Part shown: positions 47,782 through 56,718 of the stretch, piece by piece | Layout of the letters: each line of letters begins with the position of its first letter | How positions within the stretch are numbered: the first letter of the stretch is position 1 | Assembly (NCBI GenBank): GCA_030591685.1 | Contig: JAUVAX010000009.1 | Coordinates: forward strand, 1,900-65,899 | Source: Pseudobdellovibrionaceae bacterium | Lineage (GTDB): Bacteria > Bdellovibrionota > Bdellovibrionia > Bdellovibrionales > UBA1609 | Direction: 5' to 3' | DNA: 64,000 bases | Made by a program: the position numbers and the translations under genes | The notes under the pieces: generated by a model | Databases searched by the model: none | What the model saw: the letters and a program-made list of their open reading frames with translations, nothing else | Told to the model about the DNA's origin: nothing

Positions 47782-48970
47782 GAGCTATAATATCTGAAAC
47801 ATCCATGCTTTCAAGATCAACTTGTGAGAGATTATCCTGAAGTTTCCCCTGCAGGTCTATTACGGGTATTGTGGTTTGAATAAGGCTTTCGATCAGGGAG
47901 AGCTTTTGATCTTCCTCGGGGCAACAAAAAGAAATAGCATCTCCTTTTGCAAAGCCTCGGCCGGTCCGGCCAACCCTGTGGACGTAATTTTCAGGGGCAT
48001 CGGGGAGATCGTAATTAATCACATGGGTAATCCCTGGCAAATCAATGCCCCGGGCGCTGATGTCAGTGGCGATAAGTACGCCTTGTTTTTTGTTCCTAAA
48101 GTCCTCTAAGCTCTTTTCGCGTTCGGTCTGAGGCATTCCCCCGTGAATATTGACGGCCTCGATATTATTTTTAATTAAATGGCTGAGTACGCGCTCAGCC
48201 CTTACCTGGGTTCGTGTAAAGGCAATAACTTTTGACTCAGGGTTGGCGTTTAAAAAATCAACAAGCAGGTGTCTTTTATCATCAAGGGCAATTTTAGTAA
48301 TGTAGTGTGTGATGTTTTTTGAAACTAAATTTTCTGGAGAAACTTGTATCCGAAGTGCACTAGATTTAATTTGGGAATAAGCTAACTTTTTAATAACAGG
48401 GTTAATTGTTGCCGAAAAAAACAATGTTTGGTGGCGCTGTTTTAGTTTGTGTTTAATGCTTTTAATGTCCTCAATAAATCCTAAATCTAACATGTGATCA
48501 GCCTCATCAAGTACAATGACTTTCACATGAGAGACATCAATATACTCTTGAGAAATCAAATCAAACATTCTCCCCGGGGTGGCAATTAATATATCTACCC
48601 CGCCGGTTAATTGTTCGATTTGTGGGTCTTGCTCTACCCCCCCATAAATAGCATAACTTGTAGCTTTTGTATTTTTTGAGAGTTGAGAGAAAACCTGACC
48701 AATTTGCTTTGCTAACTCTCTTGTGGGCACCATAACAAGACAGGTGATGCCTTTATTGCGCTGGGCATGTTTTTGCTCATGAATTTGGTTAATTATAGGG
48801 ATGGCAAAGGCGGCGGTTTTTCCGGTCCCGGTTTGTGCAATGGCAAGCACATCCTCCCCGTTCATAATGGCAGGGATGGTTTTAAACTGAATATCAGTGG
48901 TTCTTAAAAAGCCAATGGCATTTAGGTTATTTTTTATTTCTTGAGAGATATTGTATTTTTCAAACTTCAT
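47732..48970 (-). CDS. DEAD-box ATP-dependent RNA helicase (RhlE-like)
   Basis: AQTGTGKTAAF, VLDEADHMLD, SAT and HRVGRTGRG motifs, plus a basic C-terminal tail. Confidence 0.9.
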   Translation of the reverse strand: MKFEKYNISQEIKNNLNAIGFLRTTDIQFKTIPAIMNGEDVLAIAQTGTGKTAAFAIPIINQIHEQKHAQRNKGITCLVMVPTRELAKQIGQVFSQLSKNTKATSYAIYGGVEQDPQIEQLTGGVDILIATPGRMFDLISQEYIDVSHVKVIVLDEADHMLDLGFIEDIKSIKHKLKQRHQTLFFSATINPVIKKLAYSQIKSSALRIQVSPENLVSKNITHYITKIALDDKRHLLVDFLNANPESKVIAFTRTQVRAERVLSHLIKNNIEAVNIHGGMPQTEREKSLEDFRNKKQGVLIATDISARGIDLPGITHVINYDLPDAPENYVHRVGRTGRGFAKGDAISFCCPEEDQKLSLIESLIQTTIPVIDLQGKLQDNLSQVDLESMDVSDIIAHEESRFEKPRKLKRKK

Positions 48971-49269
48971 TTTTTACCCTTAATAAATTAGTGGTGGTTA
49001 TAGCTTAAATACATAAGCTCTTATAGGTTTTAGTGGGTGAGGGCTGTCACTTTTTAGTATTTCGTGGATAATTTTCAAAAAACCATAGCTGAGGGGCAAG
49101 TGGTACTGGGGAGCTAAGCCTGGGAGGGGAGTTTTATTAACTAGGCACAGGGATTTAGCACTTAAAACGCGGCGGGTCATGCGTGAATTGTCGTTTTTGT
49201 CACTTAAATTGTTGTCAGAATTGAGTTACCCTCGTGGCGCTTAAGAAACTTTTAATTGAGGGGCACTCT

Positions 49270-50376
49270 ATGCAGACCCATAACGATGGTCAGGAGAAAA
49301 GTAAAATGGACATAACCTTAACCAGCACAGGCGACATGATTGTGCGAAAAGACAACATCGTAGGGCTTGATGGGCTAGAGTTTTTAGAGTTTGCAGCACC
49401 TGATCCTGATGAAATGGAAAGGTTGTTTTTTCGATTAGGTTTTCGGCTAATTGCTCGTCATAGGACTAAGGAAATATTTCTCTTCAGGCAGGGGCGAACT
49501 AATTTTATTTTAAATAAAGAAAAAAACGGTTTTGCACAAAAATTTTACGAGAAACACGGCCCATCAATATGTTCAACAGGTTTTCGAGTCGTAAATTCAA
49601 AAAATGCGTACGAGACAGCACTTAAAAGAGGCGCTACGGCGTGTGTTGATAATAAAAGCCAAAGTTTCCCCTCTGTTCATGGGATTGGCGGGTCTGTTAT
49701 AAATTTTGTGGATAATTTTAAAACAATTAATGACAACTATAAAGACGATTTTATTTTTCTTGAAAACGCCCCCTCAACCTCTGGTTTTGGTTTAGATGTT
49801 ATAGACCATATGACTAATAATGTGCCTGCTGGCGAGATGGACGCTTGGTGTGAATTTTACTCAAGTATATTTAATTTTGATGATGTTAGATTTTTTAATA
49901 TCAAGGGCGATGCCACAGGTTTGTTGTCTAAAGTGATGCGTTCACCATGTAATAAAATTACGATTCCGATCAATCAGCCGACAAATGAGAAATCACAAAT
50001 CCAGGAATACCTTGATGAGTATAAGGGGTCTGGCATACAACATGTGGCCCTTTTAACAAATGATATGATTAGTACAGTTAGAAATTTACGAAAACAAGGT
50101 ATTGAGTTTTTAGATGTACCGGACTCTTATTACGATGTTTTACTTGAACGATTACCAAATGTGACTGAAAAATTAGAGGACCTAAAGGAGCTGAGCATCT
50201 TGGTGGACGGCGATGAAAGTGGGTATTTACTACAGATCTTTACAAAAAACTTAATAGGCCCTATATTTTTTGAAATTATTCAAAGAAAAAATCATAATGG
50301 GTTTGGTGAAGGTAACTTTCAAGCTTTATTTGATTCTATTGAAAGAGACCAGAGGCAAAGAGGCTACTTAGACTAA
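49270..50376 (+). CDS. hppD: 4-hydroxyphenylpyruvate dioxygenase
   Basis: C-terminal signature FFEIIQRKNHNGFGEGNFQALFDSIE. Start ambiguous between ATG 49270 and ATG 49306, both with SD-like sequences. The track GTG at 49234 is less likely. Confidence 0.9.
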   Translation: MQTHNDGQEKSKMDITLTSTGDMIVRKDNIVGLDGLEFLEFAAPDPDEMERLFFRLGFRLIARHRTKEIFLFRQGRTNFILNKEKNGFAQKFYEKHGPSICSTGFRVVNSKNAYETALKRGATACVDNKSQSFPSVHGIGGSVINFVDNFKTINDNYKDDFIFLENAPSTSGFGLDVIDHMTNNVPAGEMDAWCEFYSSIFNFDDVRFFNIKGDATGLLSKVMRSPCNKITIPINQPTNEKSQIQEYLDEYKGSGIQHVALLTNDMISTVRNLRKQGIEFLDVPDSYYDVLLERLPNVTEKLEDLKELSILVDGDESGYLLQIFTKNLIGPIFFEIIQRKNHNGFGEGNFQALFDSIERDQRQRGYLD

Positions 50377-50385
50377 GGAGGCGTC

Positions 50386-51486
50386 ATGCATCACTATACG
50401 CAGGGCAAGCCAACAAGGCAGGCCCACAAGGCCATACCAGAGGGGTTTTACGAGGAGGAGCAGGGGCTTAAGGGCTTCTTCGGAGCCGTCTCACATTTAA
50501 TTAGAAAGCGTCCAAGTACACGTTGGGTCGACATCGACGGACATCTAAAGCCTCGAATGTATGACTTAGTCACCCTGAAAGACTGTCAGTTTAAAAAATT
50601 ATTATATAATACTGACGTTGGTATTTATTTTCATAAACTTCCAGTTTGTTCTAAACAAAATAAAACTTCTTTTAGAAATGCGGATGGGGATTTAATTTAT
50701 TTTTGCCATCAAGGAAAGGGGCAAGTGTTCACTGAGTACGGGGTTTTAGATTATAAGAAGGGCCACTACATAGTTATACCTAAATGTATTTCTCACAGTA
50801 TAGTTTGTGCTGAACAGTCAGAGTTTCTTGTTATTGAAAATAAAACCTCACACTTTGAGGAGCCTGACCGTGGTGTTTTAGGAAAAAATGGGCTTTACGA
50901 CACAAATGCCCTGACTAAGCCAGACCTTGAGAGGCAGAACGGATTAATAAATAATGTGGCTCAAGAGTTTTTAAGTATACAAGTTAAACACAATGACCAG
51001 GTTACCAAATTTACATATGACGAGTGTGTATATGATGTTGTTGGGTGGAAGGGTGATTTGTATCCCTTTACACTGCATGTAGATCATATAATGCCAATCA
51101 TGAGTCACCGTGCTCATCTTCCGCCAAGTGCTCACAGTACTTTTGTTGCAAGGAATTTTGTGGTGTGTACTTTTTTACCACGCCCACTAGAAAGCGATAG
51201 TGATGCTTTAAAGGTCCCCTTTTATCACCAAAACATAGACTATGATGAAGTGTTATTTTATCATGATGGCGATTTTTTTAGTCGAGATAACTTACACTCT
51301 GGCATGTTGAGCTTTCATCCGGCGGGCTTTCCACATGGTCCTCACCCAAAAGCTGTAAAAGGTGTGAGTAAAAAAACTCACACTAATGAGTATGCCGTAA
51401 TGATAGATACACGCAACCCCTTAACGGTTTCTGAGAGCATTAGTGGGGTAGAATTAAAAAATTACTGGGAATCCTGGAAGGTTTGA
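50386..51486 (+). CDS. hmgA: Homogentisate 1,2-dioxygenase (short form)
   Basis: YHQNIDYDEV...FHPAGFPHGPHP matches the H..N..E ... H.PHGP metal-site region of HGD. It is adjacent to hppD. Confidence 0.7.
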   Translation: MHHYTQGKPTRQAHKAIPEGFYEEEQGLKGFFGAVSHLIRKRPSTRWVDIDGHLKPRMYDLVTLKDCQFKKLLYNTDVGIYFHKLPVCSKQNKTSFRNADGDLIYFCHQGKGQVFTEYGVLDYKKGHYIVIPKCISHSIVCAEQSEFLVIENKTSHFEEPDRGVLGKNGLYDTNALTKPDLERQNGLINNVAQEFLSIQVKHNDQVTKFTYDECVYDVVGWKGDLYPFTLHVDHIMPIMSHRAHLPPSAHSTFVARNFVVCTFLPRPLESDSDALKVPFYHQNIDYDEVLFYHDGDFFSRDNLHSGMLSFHPAGFPHGPHPKAVKGVSKKTHTNEYAVMIDTRNPLTVSESISGVELKNYWESWKV

Positions 51487-51489
51487 TTT

Positions 51490-52635
51490 TTGAATAGTTA
51501 TAACTTTGGAGATGCACTTGCGCCCCAGGAGGCCATGAGTCTGTCTATAGATTTGGCAGAAAAAGCAGTGGGTTACGTAAGCCCCAACCCTCCTGTTGGT
51601 TGTGTGATTTTAAATAAAAAAAGTGAACTTATCGGACTGGGGTATCATGAAAAGCATGGAGATCCTCATGCTGAAGTCAATGCTATTAATAGTGTTAAAG
51701 ACAAAGCTCAGTTAAGAGAGGCAAAAATATTTGTAACACTTGAGCCCTGCGCGCATCACGGTAAAACCCCCCCTTGCTGCGATTTGATTAAAGACTTACC
51801 CGTGAGTGAAGTTGTTTACGCCCTTGCAGACACAAACCCACTGGTCGAAAAAAAAGGCCTAAAATTAATAAAAGATAAAGGCATTAAGGTCACTCAATAT
51901 ATTTTTTCAAAAAAAGAAGCGGCCTTTGAAAATAAATTAAACCAAATGATGGCCCCATTTTTTCATAATATGAAAACAAAAAAGCCATTTGTAGCTTTAA
52001 AAGTAGCATCAAGTGCCGACGGCATGATTGCGCTCAGCAGTGGTGAGAGCCAGTGGATCACGGGCGAAAAGGCGCGAGAGCACGTGCACCTCATGCGCGC
52101 TAAGTTTGACGCCATTTTAGTGGGCGCAGGGACTGTTTTAGCAGACAACCCTAAGCTGAATATTCGTCATAAGCAGCATGCAGAAAAAACAAATAAAGTT
52201 ATTATTTTAGACGCAAAGGGCGAGTTGTTAAATAATTTTAAATCATTAAATTTGTATAAAACCCATAAAGCTGAAGACATTTATTATGTGACAAAAAATA
52301 GTGTTAAAAAACTCCATGGCCTTGGAGTCAACCATATGTGGAGTACGTGTTCAGAGGGTGATGAGTTTGATTTAAACCTGTTATTATTAGAGTTTTATAG
52401 TTTAGGAATGGGCTCAATTTTTATAGAGGGTGGAGCCGCTGTTTATAAAGGTTTTTTAGCGCAAAAACAGGTGCAGAAATTTTATTTATATCTGGGCGCT
52501 AAAATCTTAGGAGCGGATGGCTCTTTGAGCTGGAGTAAAGAGCTAAAAACACTAAGCCTTAGTAATACGATCGACTTAAAATTCAGTTGCCCAGCCCTAA
52601 TTGGTGGTGATCTATTTATAGAGGCGGATTTCTAG
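51490..52635 (+). CDS. ribD: Bifunctional riboflavin biosynthesis deaminase/reductase
   Basis: Deaminase zinc motifs HAEVNAI and TLEPCAHHGKTPPC. C-terminal reductase half. TTG start 3 nt after the hmgA stop. Confidence 0.9.
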   Translation: MNSYNFGDALAPQEAMSLSIDLAEKAVGYVSPNPPVGCVILNKKSELIGLGYHEKHGDPHAEVNAINSVKDKAQLREAKIFVTLEPCAHHGKTPPCCDLIKDLPVSEVVYALADTNPLVEKKGLKLIKDKGIKVTQYIFSKKEAAFENKLNQMMAPFFHNMKTKKPFVALKVASSADGMIALSSGESQWITGEKAREHVHLMRAKFDAILVGAGTVLADNPKLNIRHKQHAEKTNKVIILDAKGELLNNFKSLNLYKTHKAEDIYYVTKNSVKKLHGLGVNHMWSTCSEGDEFDLNLLLLEFYSLGMGSIFIEGGAAVYKGFLAQKQVQKFYLYLGAKILGADGSLSWSKELKTLSLSNTIDLKFSCPALIGGDLFIEADF

Positions 52636-52873
52636 CTTAAACTTGTCCGCTAGACCTTGGTCTTAGTGGAATATTTTTTTACAAAAGTCGGCTTAAAAAA
52701 ATACTTTTAAATCCCTGAATCCTTGTCGTCTAGGCATGAGGTTAACTTGATTTCTAGACCAAGGTTGGGGATTGATAAAGAACCCAATAATTAAACATTT
52801 GTTTCGTAAAGAATGGGGCCAGAGCTTCCGATTTATTCTGTGAAATCAAATTTTAACAAAAGGCAGTGTAAGT

Positions 52874-53761
52874 TTGAGTGCGCATAAAAGAATCCTAGAG
52901 CGAGAGCCTAAAAAATTTGAATTAATTTTAAATGAGCAGTGGCCGGACACCTCTGTCATTGATGTAGATTCAGTCGAGAAAAAAAACAATTTTCAGCTCA
53001 CTGACATTGGGGTGGCAAAAAGTGCTCGCCCAGAAGCATCAACGCGTGATTCATATGAAAAGGGTTTAAAGTATTTAGTTAACTCTTCTAGGGCCGATTT
53101 CGAGAGAGAGTTAAATGTTGCGGCTAAAATGTCCAAAGAAGGGGAAGACTTTTTTAAATATCCAGTGGCTACAGTATTCTCACCGAACAATGTGTCTGAA
53201 AATAAAGAATCTGAGTATAAATTTGTAGAGTATGGATTTAACAGTGCTGATGATAAATATAAAGCTCTTATTTTACTAGAGGTTGAGTTAGAGAAAATTT
53301 CGAGTAATGAAGTTTTAGTTACTTCAGCTCGTACAATTGTTGATGAGATGTTCACTAACGCCATCTATAACGCCCCAGAGCAAGCCTTGGGCAAAGAGCA
53401 ACGTCGCGCCTTTTCAGGGAGTGAAAGAGTAGAAACAAAGTCAGGGCGAATTTTCATGGGTAAAAACGATAGTTTTTTGCTCATTGGATGTGAAGATCAG
53501 TACGGCAGCTTAGATACTAAAGGACTAATGGAGCGAATCCATAAATGCTATGACTCTGGCGTAGATTCAGTAGTAAACCTCTCAAAAGAGGGGGGAGTGG
53601 GCATAGGAACTTATATGTTATTTAATACAGCAACAAGCTTTTATGTGGGCGTTAAGCCTGGTGAATCGACAATAGTGATGTGCGCTATACCAAGAAACCT
53701 TAGCAATCGAAAAGTACAAAGAATGGCCAAGAACTTTCACTTATTAGACTTAAAGGGTTAA
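52874..53761 (+). CDS. SpoIIAB-like HATPase-fold protein (putative partner-switching Ser/Thr kinase) with an unknown N-terminal ~140 aa
   Basis: N-box-like DEMFTNAIYNAP and G-box-like GGVGIGTYMLFN in the C-terminal half. The TTG start is uncertain. Confidence 0.4.
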   Translation: MSAHKRILEREPKKFELILNEQWPDTSVIDVDSVEKKNNFQLTDIGVAKSARPEASTRDSYEKGLKYLVNSSRADFERELNVAAKMSKEGEDFFKYPVATVFSPNNVSENKESEYKFVEYGFNSADDKYKALILLEVELEKISSNEVLVTSARTIVDEMFTNAIYNAPEQALGKEQRRAFSGSERVETKSGRIFMGKNDSFLLIGCEDQYGSLDTKGLMERIHKCYDSGVDSVVNLSKEGGVGIGTYMLFNTATSFYVGVKPGESTIVMCAIPRNLSNRKVQRMAKNFHLLDLKG

Positions 53762-53773
53762 GGGGGATTAAGC

Positions 53774-54256
53774 GTGGCGAATTTTCATTACACATTAGAT
53801 GATAACAGCGGAAAGTTTACCCTTTGTCTGGCCGGTCATATAGATGAAGATGTTACATTTAAGCATATTGACATTGATGGGGCTAAAGAACTTCATATTG
53901 ATTTTAAAAAAGTAGACTCAATAAACTCCTGTGGTATCCGCGAATGGATTATATGGATAAGAAGTGTCTCCGCTGACATAAGAATTATTTATGAAAACTG
54001 TCCAAAAGCTATCGTTGACCAAATAAACATGGTTTCAGGGTTTTTGCCAGATACTGCCAAGGTCGTTTCATTTTATGTACCTTACTACAATGAGGACACA
54101 GGGAGAGAGAAAATGGTTCTATTTATAGAGGGCGACCAATACACAGAGAATGATATTAACATACCTTTTGTAATTAAAGAGGAGTCAGGTGACGTATTTG
54201 AAGTAGACGTCATTGAAAGTAAGTACTTTAAATTTTTAAAAGTAAAGGCGAGTTAA
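53774..54256 (+). CDS. STAS-like domain protein (putative anti-anti-sigma-type partner)
   Basis: LAGHIDEDV....IDFKKVDSINSCGIREW follows the STAS pattern (L.G.LD....vDl..V.fiDSsGl). GTG start after AAGGGGGA. Confidence 0.4.
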   Translation: MANFHYTLDDNSGKFTLCLAGHIDEDVTFKHIDIDGAKELHIDFKKVDSINSCGIREWIIWIRSVSADIRIIYENCPKAIVDQINMVSGFLPDTAKVVSFYVPYYNEDTGREKMVLFIEGDQYTENDINIPFVIKEESGDVFEVDVIESKYFKFLKVKAS

Positions 54257-54260
54257 AAAA

Positions 54261-56171
54261 ATGACTAATTTTTCTGTATGTGATGCCATGTTAGACGCCG
54301 TCTTTATTATTAATAAAGATAAAAGGATAGTCTATTGTAATGATACGGCAGCTGACTTATGTGAGTCATCAGTTAAGAGGATGATTGATGATAAATATAT
54401 ATTTGATCTTGTTAGCATAGAGAATTCAGATTTATTTATGTTTGGAGAGGGAAAAAAGGGCTTAAATGAGATATCGGGTTATGAAGAGGTAGAGTTAGAA
54501 GTTAATGAGACAAGTAAAAAGTTTAAGGTAAATATCTGTGTTCTTCCTGTGGCTGAGGTTGATGGTGAGCACTGGGCTATATTCTGTCATGATGTTACCG
54601 TTGAAGAACGGTTGCATTCCAAACACTTAGTTCAATTAAAAAAATTAGAGAGTTATTCAAAAGGTTTAGAGCAAAAGGTCGAAGAAAGAACAAGTGAGTA
54701 TAATGATACATATAATTTAATGAAAGCTATGCTTAATTCTTTGGGCCAAGGTTTTTTAGTTATTAATTCTGAGGGTAACTGTGGTGATGTTTATACAAAA
54801 TCATGCGCGACTATTTTAGAATGCAACCCAGCGGGCAAGCACTTATCTGAGGTTTTAAGTATTAAGAAAGGGAAGCTTGATGAGTTGAACCTTTGGATCA
54901 AAACAATGTTTAAGGAGTCTTTACCCTTTGATAGTTTGCGAGAGCTGGGTCCTACTCGATACGAACACAGCCAAGATAACATTATAAACCTTGATTTTTA
55001 TCCGATTCGCGGGGAAGACGAGAAAATAGAGTTTATTGTTATGGTGGCAACAGACAAGACAGAAGAGCATAAGGCCTACATAGAAATGGAAAGAGAGAAA
55101 ATGTACTCTCAAATGATTTTAAAGGTCGTTAAAAATAAGGACCAGTTTTCACAATTTCTTGGTCAGTTAGACCCAAAAATTAACCGCCTTGTAAAGTTCA
55201 CTAAGGCCGATGATGAGAATTTTATTGTAGATGATATCATTAGATTTTTACACACCATTGAGGGAGAGGCCGGAATTTTTAGTATTGAAGTGATACGTGA
55301 GCACTCTCGACGCTGCCAACAAATTTTAGAGCCATTAAAAACAGGATGGGTTGAAGACCCAGCCATCATTCGAGGCGAATTTAATGTTGAAGTAGCTAAA
55401 ATGGCATATGATTTTGAGAACTTTATGAGAAAGAACACTAAAACATTTAGATCTCTAGGGATCTTTGGAAACAAAAAAATAGAGATTGATGAAAAGTACC
55501 TCAATGGTTTCTACGACCGTTTAAAGTCATCAAAGGCCCCTGCTCAGCTTATTAATGAGTTTAAAAACGGATTTATATATCAGCCTATTAAAAGGGCGCT
55601 TGTTCATTATGAGGATTTAATTAAGCTTATTGCCGCTAGGCAGGGTAAGGAAATACCAAACGTAGAATTTATAGGCTGTGAAACTAAAGTGGATGCTCGG
55701 ATATACTCCGGGTTATTTGACAGTTTAGTGCATGTGTTTAGAAACTCTGTTGACCATGGTCTTGAAATGGCAGAGGAGCGCAAGGCCTTTGGTAAGCCGC
55801 CAGTAGGTACAATAAGCATAGAGTGCTCCATTTTTAAGATGGAGAGGGAATACCTAAAAATATCTATTCGTGATGATGGCCGTGGAGTAGACCCAGAAAT
55901 GATAAAAGAAACTCTAAAGGCGAGAGGCTTTGATTTAAATTTTGATGAAATGAGTAGCTATGATCTAATTCAGCAGGTATTTTTACCAGGTTATTCGAGT
56001 CGTGCTGAAATTGGTGAGTTTTCAGGCCGGGGAGTGGGTATGGATGCTATTAAAGGTGAAGTACTCAAGTTGAACGGCGAAATTTCTTTTAAGTCTATCC
56101 CGGGGAATGGTTCAACATTAACTATATTGATTCCTGTTGGAGAGACTGATAGTATAAGATCAGTGGCATAA
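54261..56171 (+). CDS. CheA-type histidine kinase with two N-terminal PAS-like domains and an Hpt domain, and no CheW-like domain
   Basis: Hpt motif FLHTIEGEAG. CheA-type N-box HVFRNSVDHGLE. G-box GRGVGMDAIKGEV followed by SIPGNGSTLTILIP. The protein ends ~20 aa after the ATPase domain. Confidence 0.7.
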   Translation: MTNFSVCDAMLDAVFIINKDKRIVYCNDTAADLCESSVKRMIDDKYIFDLVSIENSDLFMFGEGKKGLNEISGYEEVELEVNETSKKFKVNICVLPVAEVDGEHWAIFCHDVTVEERLHSKHLVQLKKLESYSKGLEQKVEERTSEYNDTYNLMKAMLNSLGQGFLVINSEGNCGDVYTKSCATILECNPAGKHLSEVLSIKKGKLDELNLWIKTMFKESLPFDSLRELGPTRYEHSQDNIINLDFYPIRGEDEKIEFIVMVATDKTEEHKAYIEMEREKMYSQMILKVVKNKDQFSQFLGQLDPKINRLVKFTKADDENFIVDDIIRFLHTIEGEAGIFSIEVIREHSRRCQQILEPLKTGWVEDPAIIRGEFNVEVAKMAYDFENFMRKNTKTFRSLGIFGNKKIEIDEKYLNGFYDRLKSSKAPAQLINEFKNGFIYQPIKRALVHYEDLIKLIAARQGKEIPNVEFIGCETKVDARIYSGLFDSLVHVFRNSVDHGLEMAEERKAFGKPPVGTISIECSIFKMEREYLKISIRDDGRGVDPEMIKETLKARGFDLNFDEMSSYDLIQQVFLPGYSSRAEIGEFSGRGVGMDAIKGEVLKLNGEISFKSIPGNGSTLTILIPVGETDSIRSVA

Positions 56172-56183
56172 AGGTGATAAAAA

Positions 56184-56609
56184 ATGTTTCCAGATGAAAC
56201 ACAAATTTTAGTAATTGATGATTCAGCTAATATTAGGCAGGTCATCGCGAGCACTTTAGAGAAAATAGGCTTTTATAAGGTTGAAACAGCTGCTGACGCA
56301 AATATTGCTTTAGAAAAATTAAACAAAAGAAAAGCTATTGGTAAACCTTTTGAGTTGATTTTATCTGACCTTAATATGCCCGGCCCCTCTGGGATTGATT
56401 TTTTACAGCAAGTACGGGCCATGCCGGATTGTGGAAATATGCCGTTTATTATTATAACTACTGAAAGTGAAAAAGGTGCGGTGTTAGAGGCCGCACTGCA
56501 TGGCGTAAGTAGCTACGTCGTAAAGCCATTTGACTATGAAACAATCAAAAAGAAACTTCAAGAGGCATGGACAAAACACGGTGCTAAATATTTAAAATTT
56601 AAGAACTAG
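56184..56609 (+). CDS. Single-domain CheY-like response regulator
   Basis: ILVIDDS, phospho-acceptor context ILSDLNMPG, and VVKPF. 141 aa. Confidence 0.85.
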   Translation: MFPDETQILVIDDSANIRQVIASTLEKIGFYKVETAADANIALEKLNKRKAIGKPFELILSDLNMPGPSGIDFLQQVRAMPDCGNMPFIIITTESEKGAVLEAALHGVSSYVVKPFDYETIKKKLQEAWTKHGAKYLKFKN

Positions 56610-56718
56610 TAGTAAGCCCTCATTACAAGTCAGTGCTTAGGTCCAGTATTTATCTCTAGACTATTTGAACTTTAGTTTTTTTGAAATTTACAGTGAAAAA
56701 ATCCGATAAGTATTCGAG

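Noticed and set aside
48998-49180. 60-aa minus-strand ORF, and the somewhat GC-richer stretch in the helicase/hppD divergent intergenic region as a possible sRNA (SRP/6S/tmRNA)
   Set aside because: I could find none of the conserved SRP, tmRNA or 6S sequence or structure hallmarks. The ORF has no RBS. The stretch is most simply a divergent promoter region.
51480-51495. Expected FMN riboswitch upstream of ribD
   Set aside because: ribD starts 3 nt after the hmgA stop. There is no leader and no room for an RFN element. None of the conserved FMN-element motifs was seen nearby.
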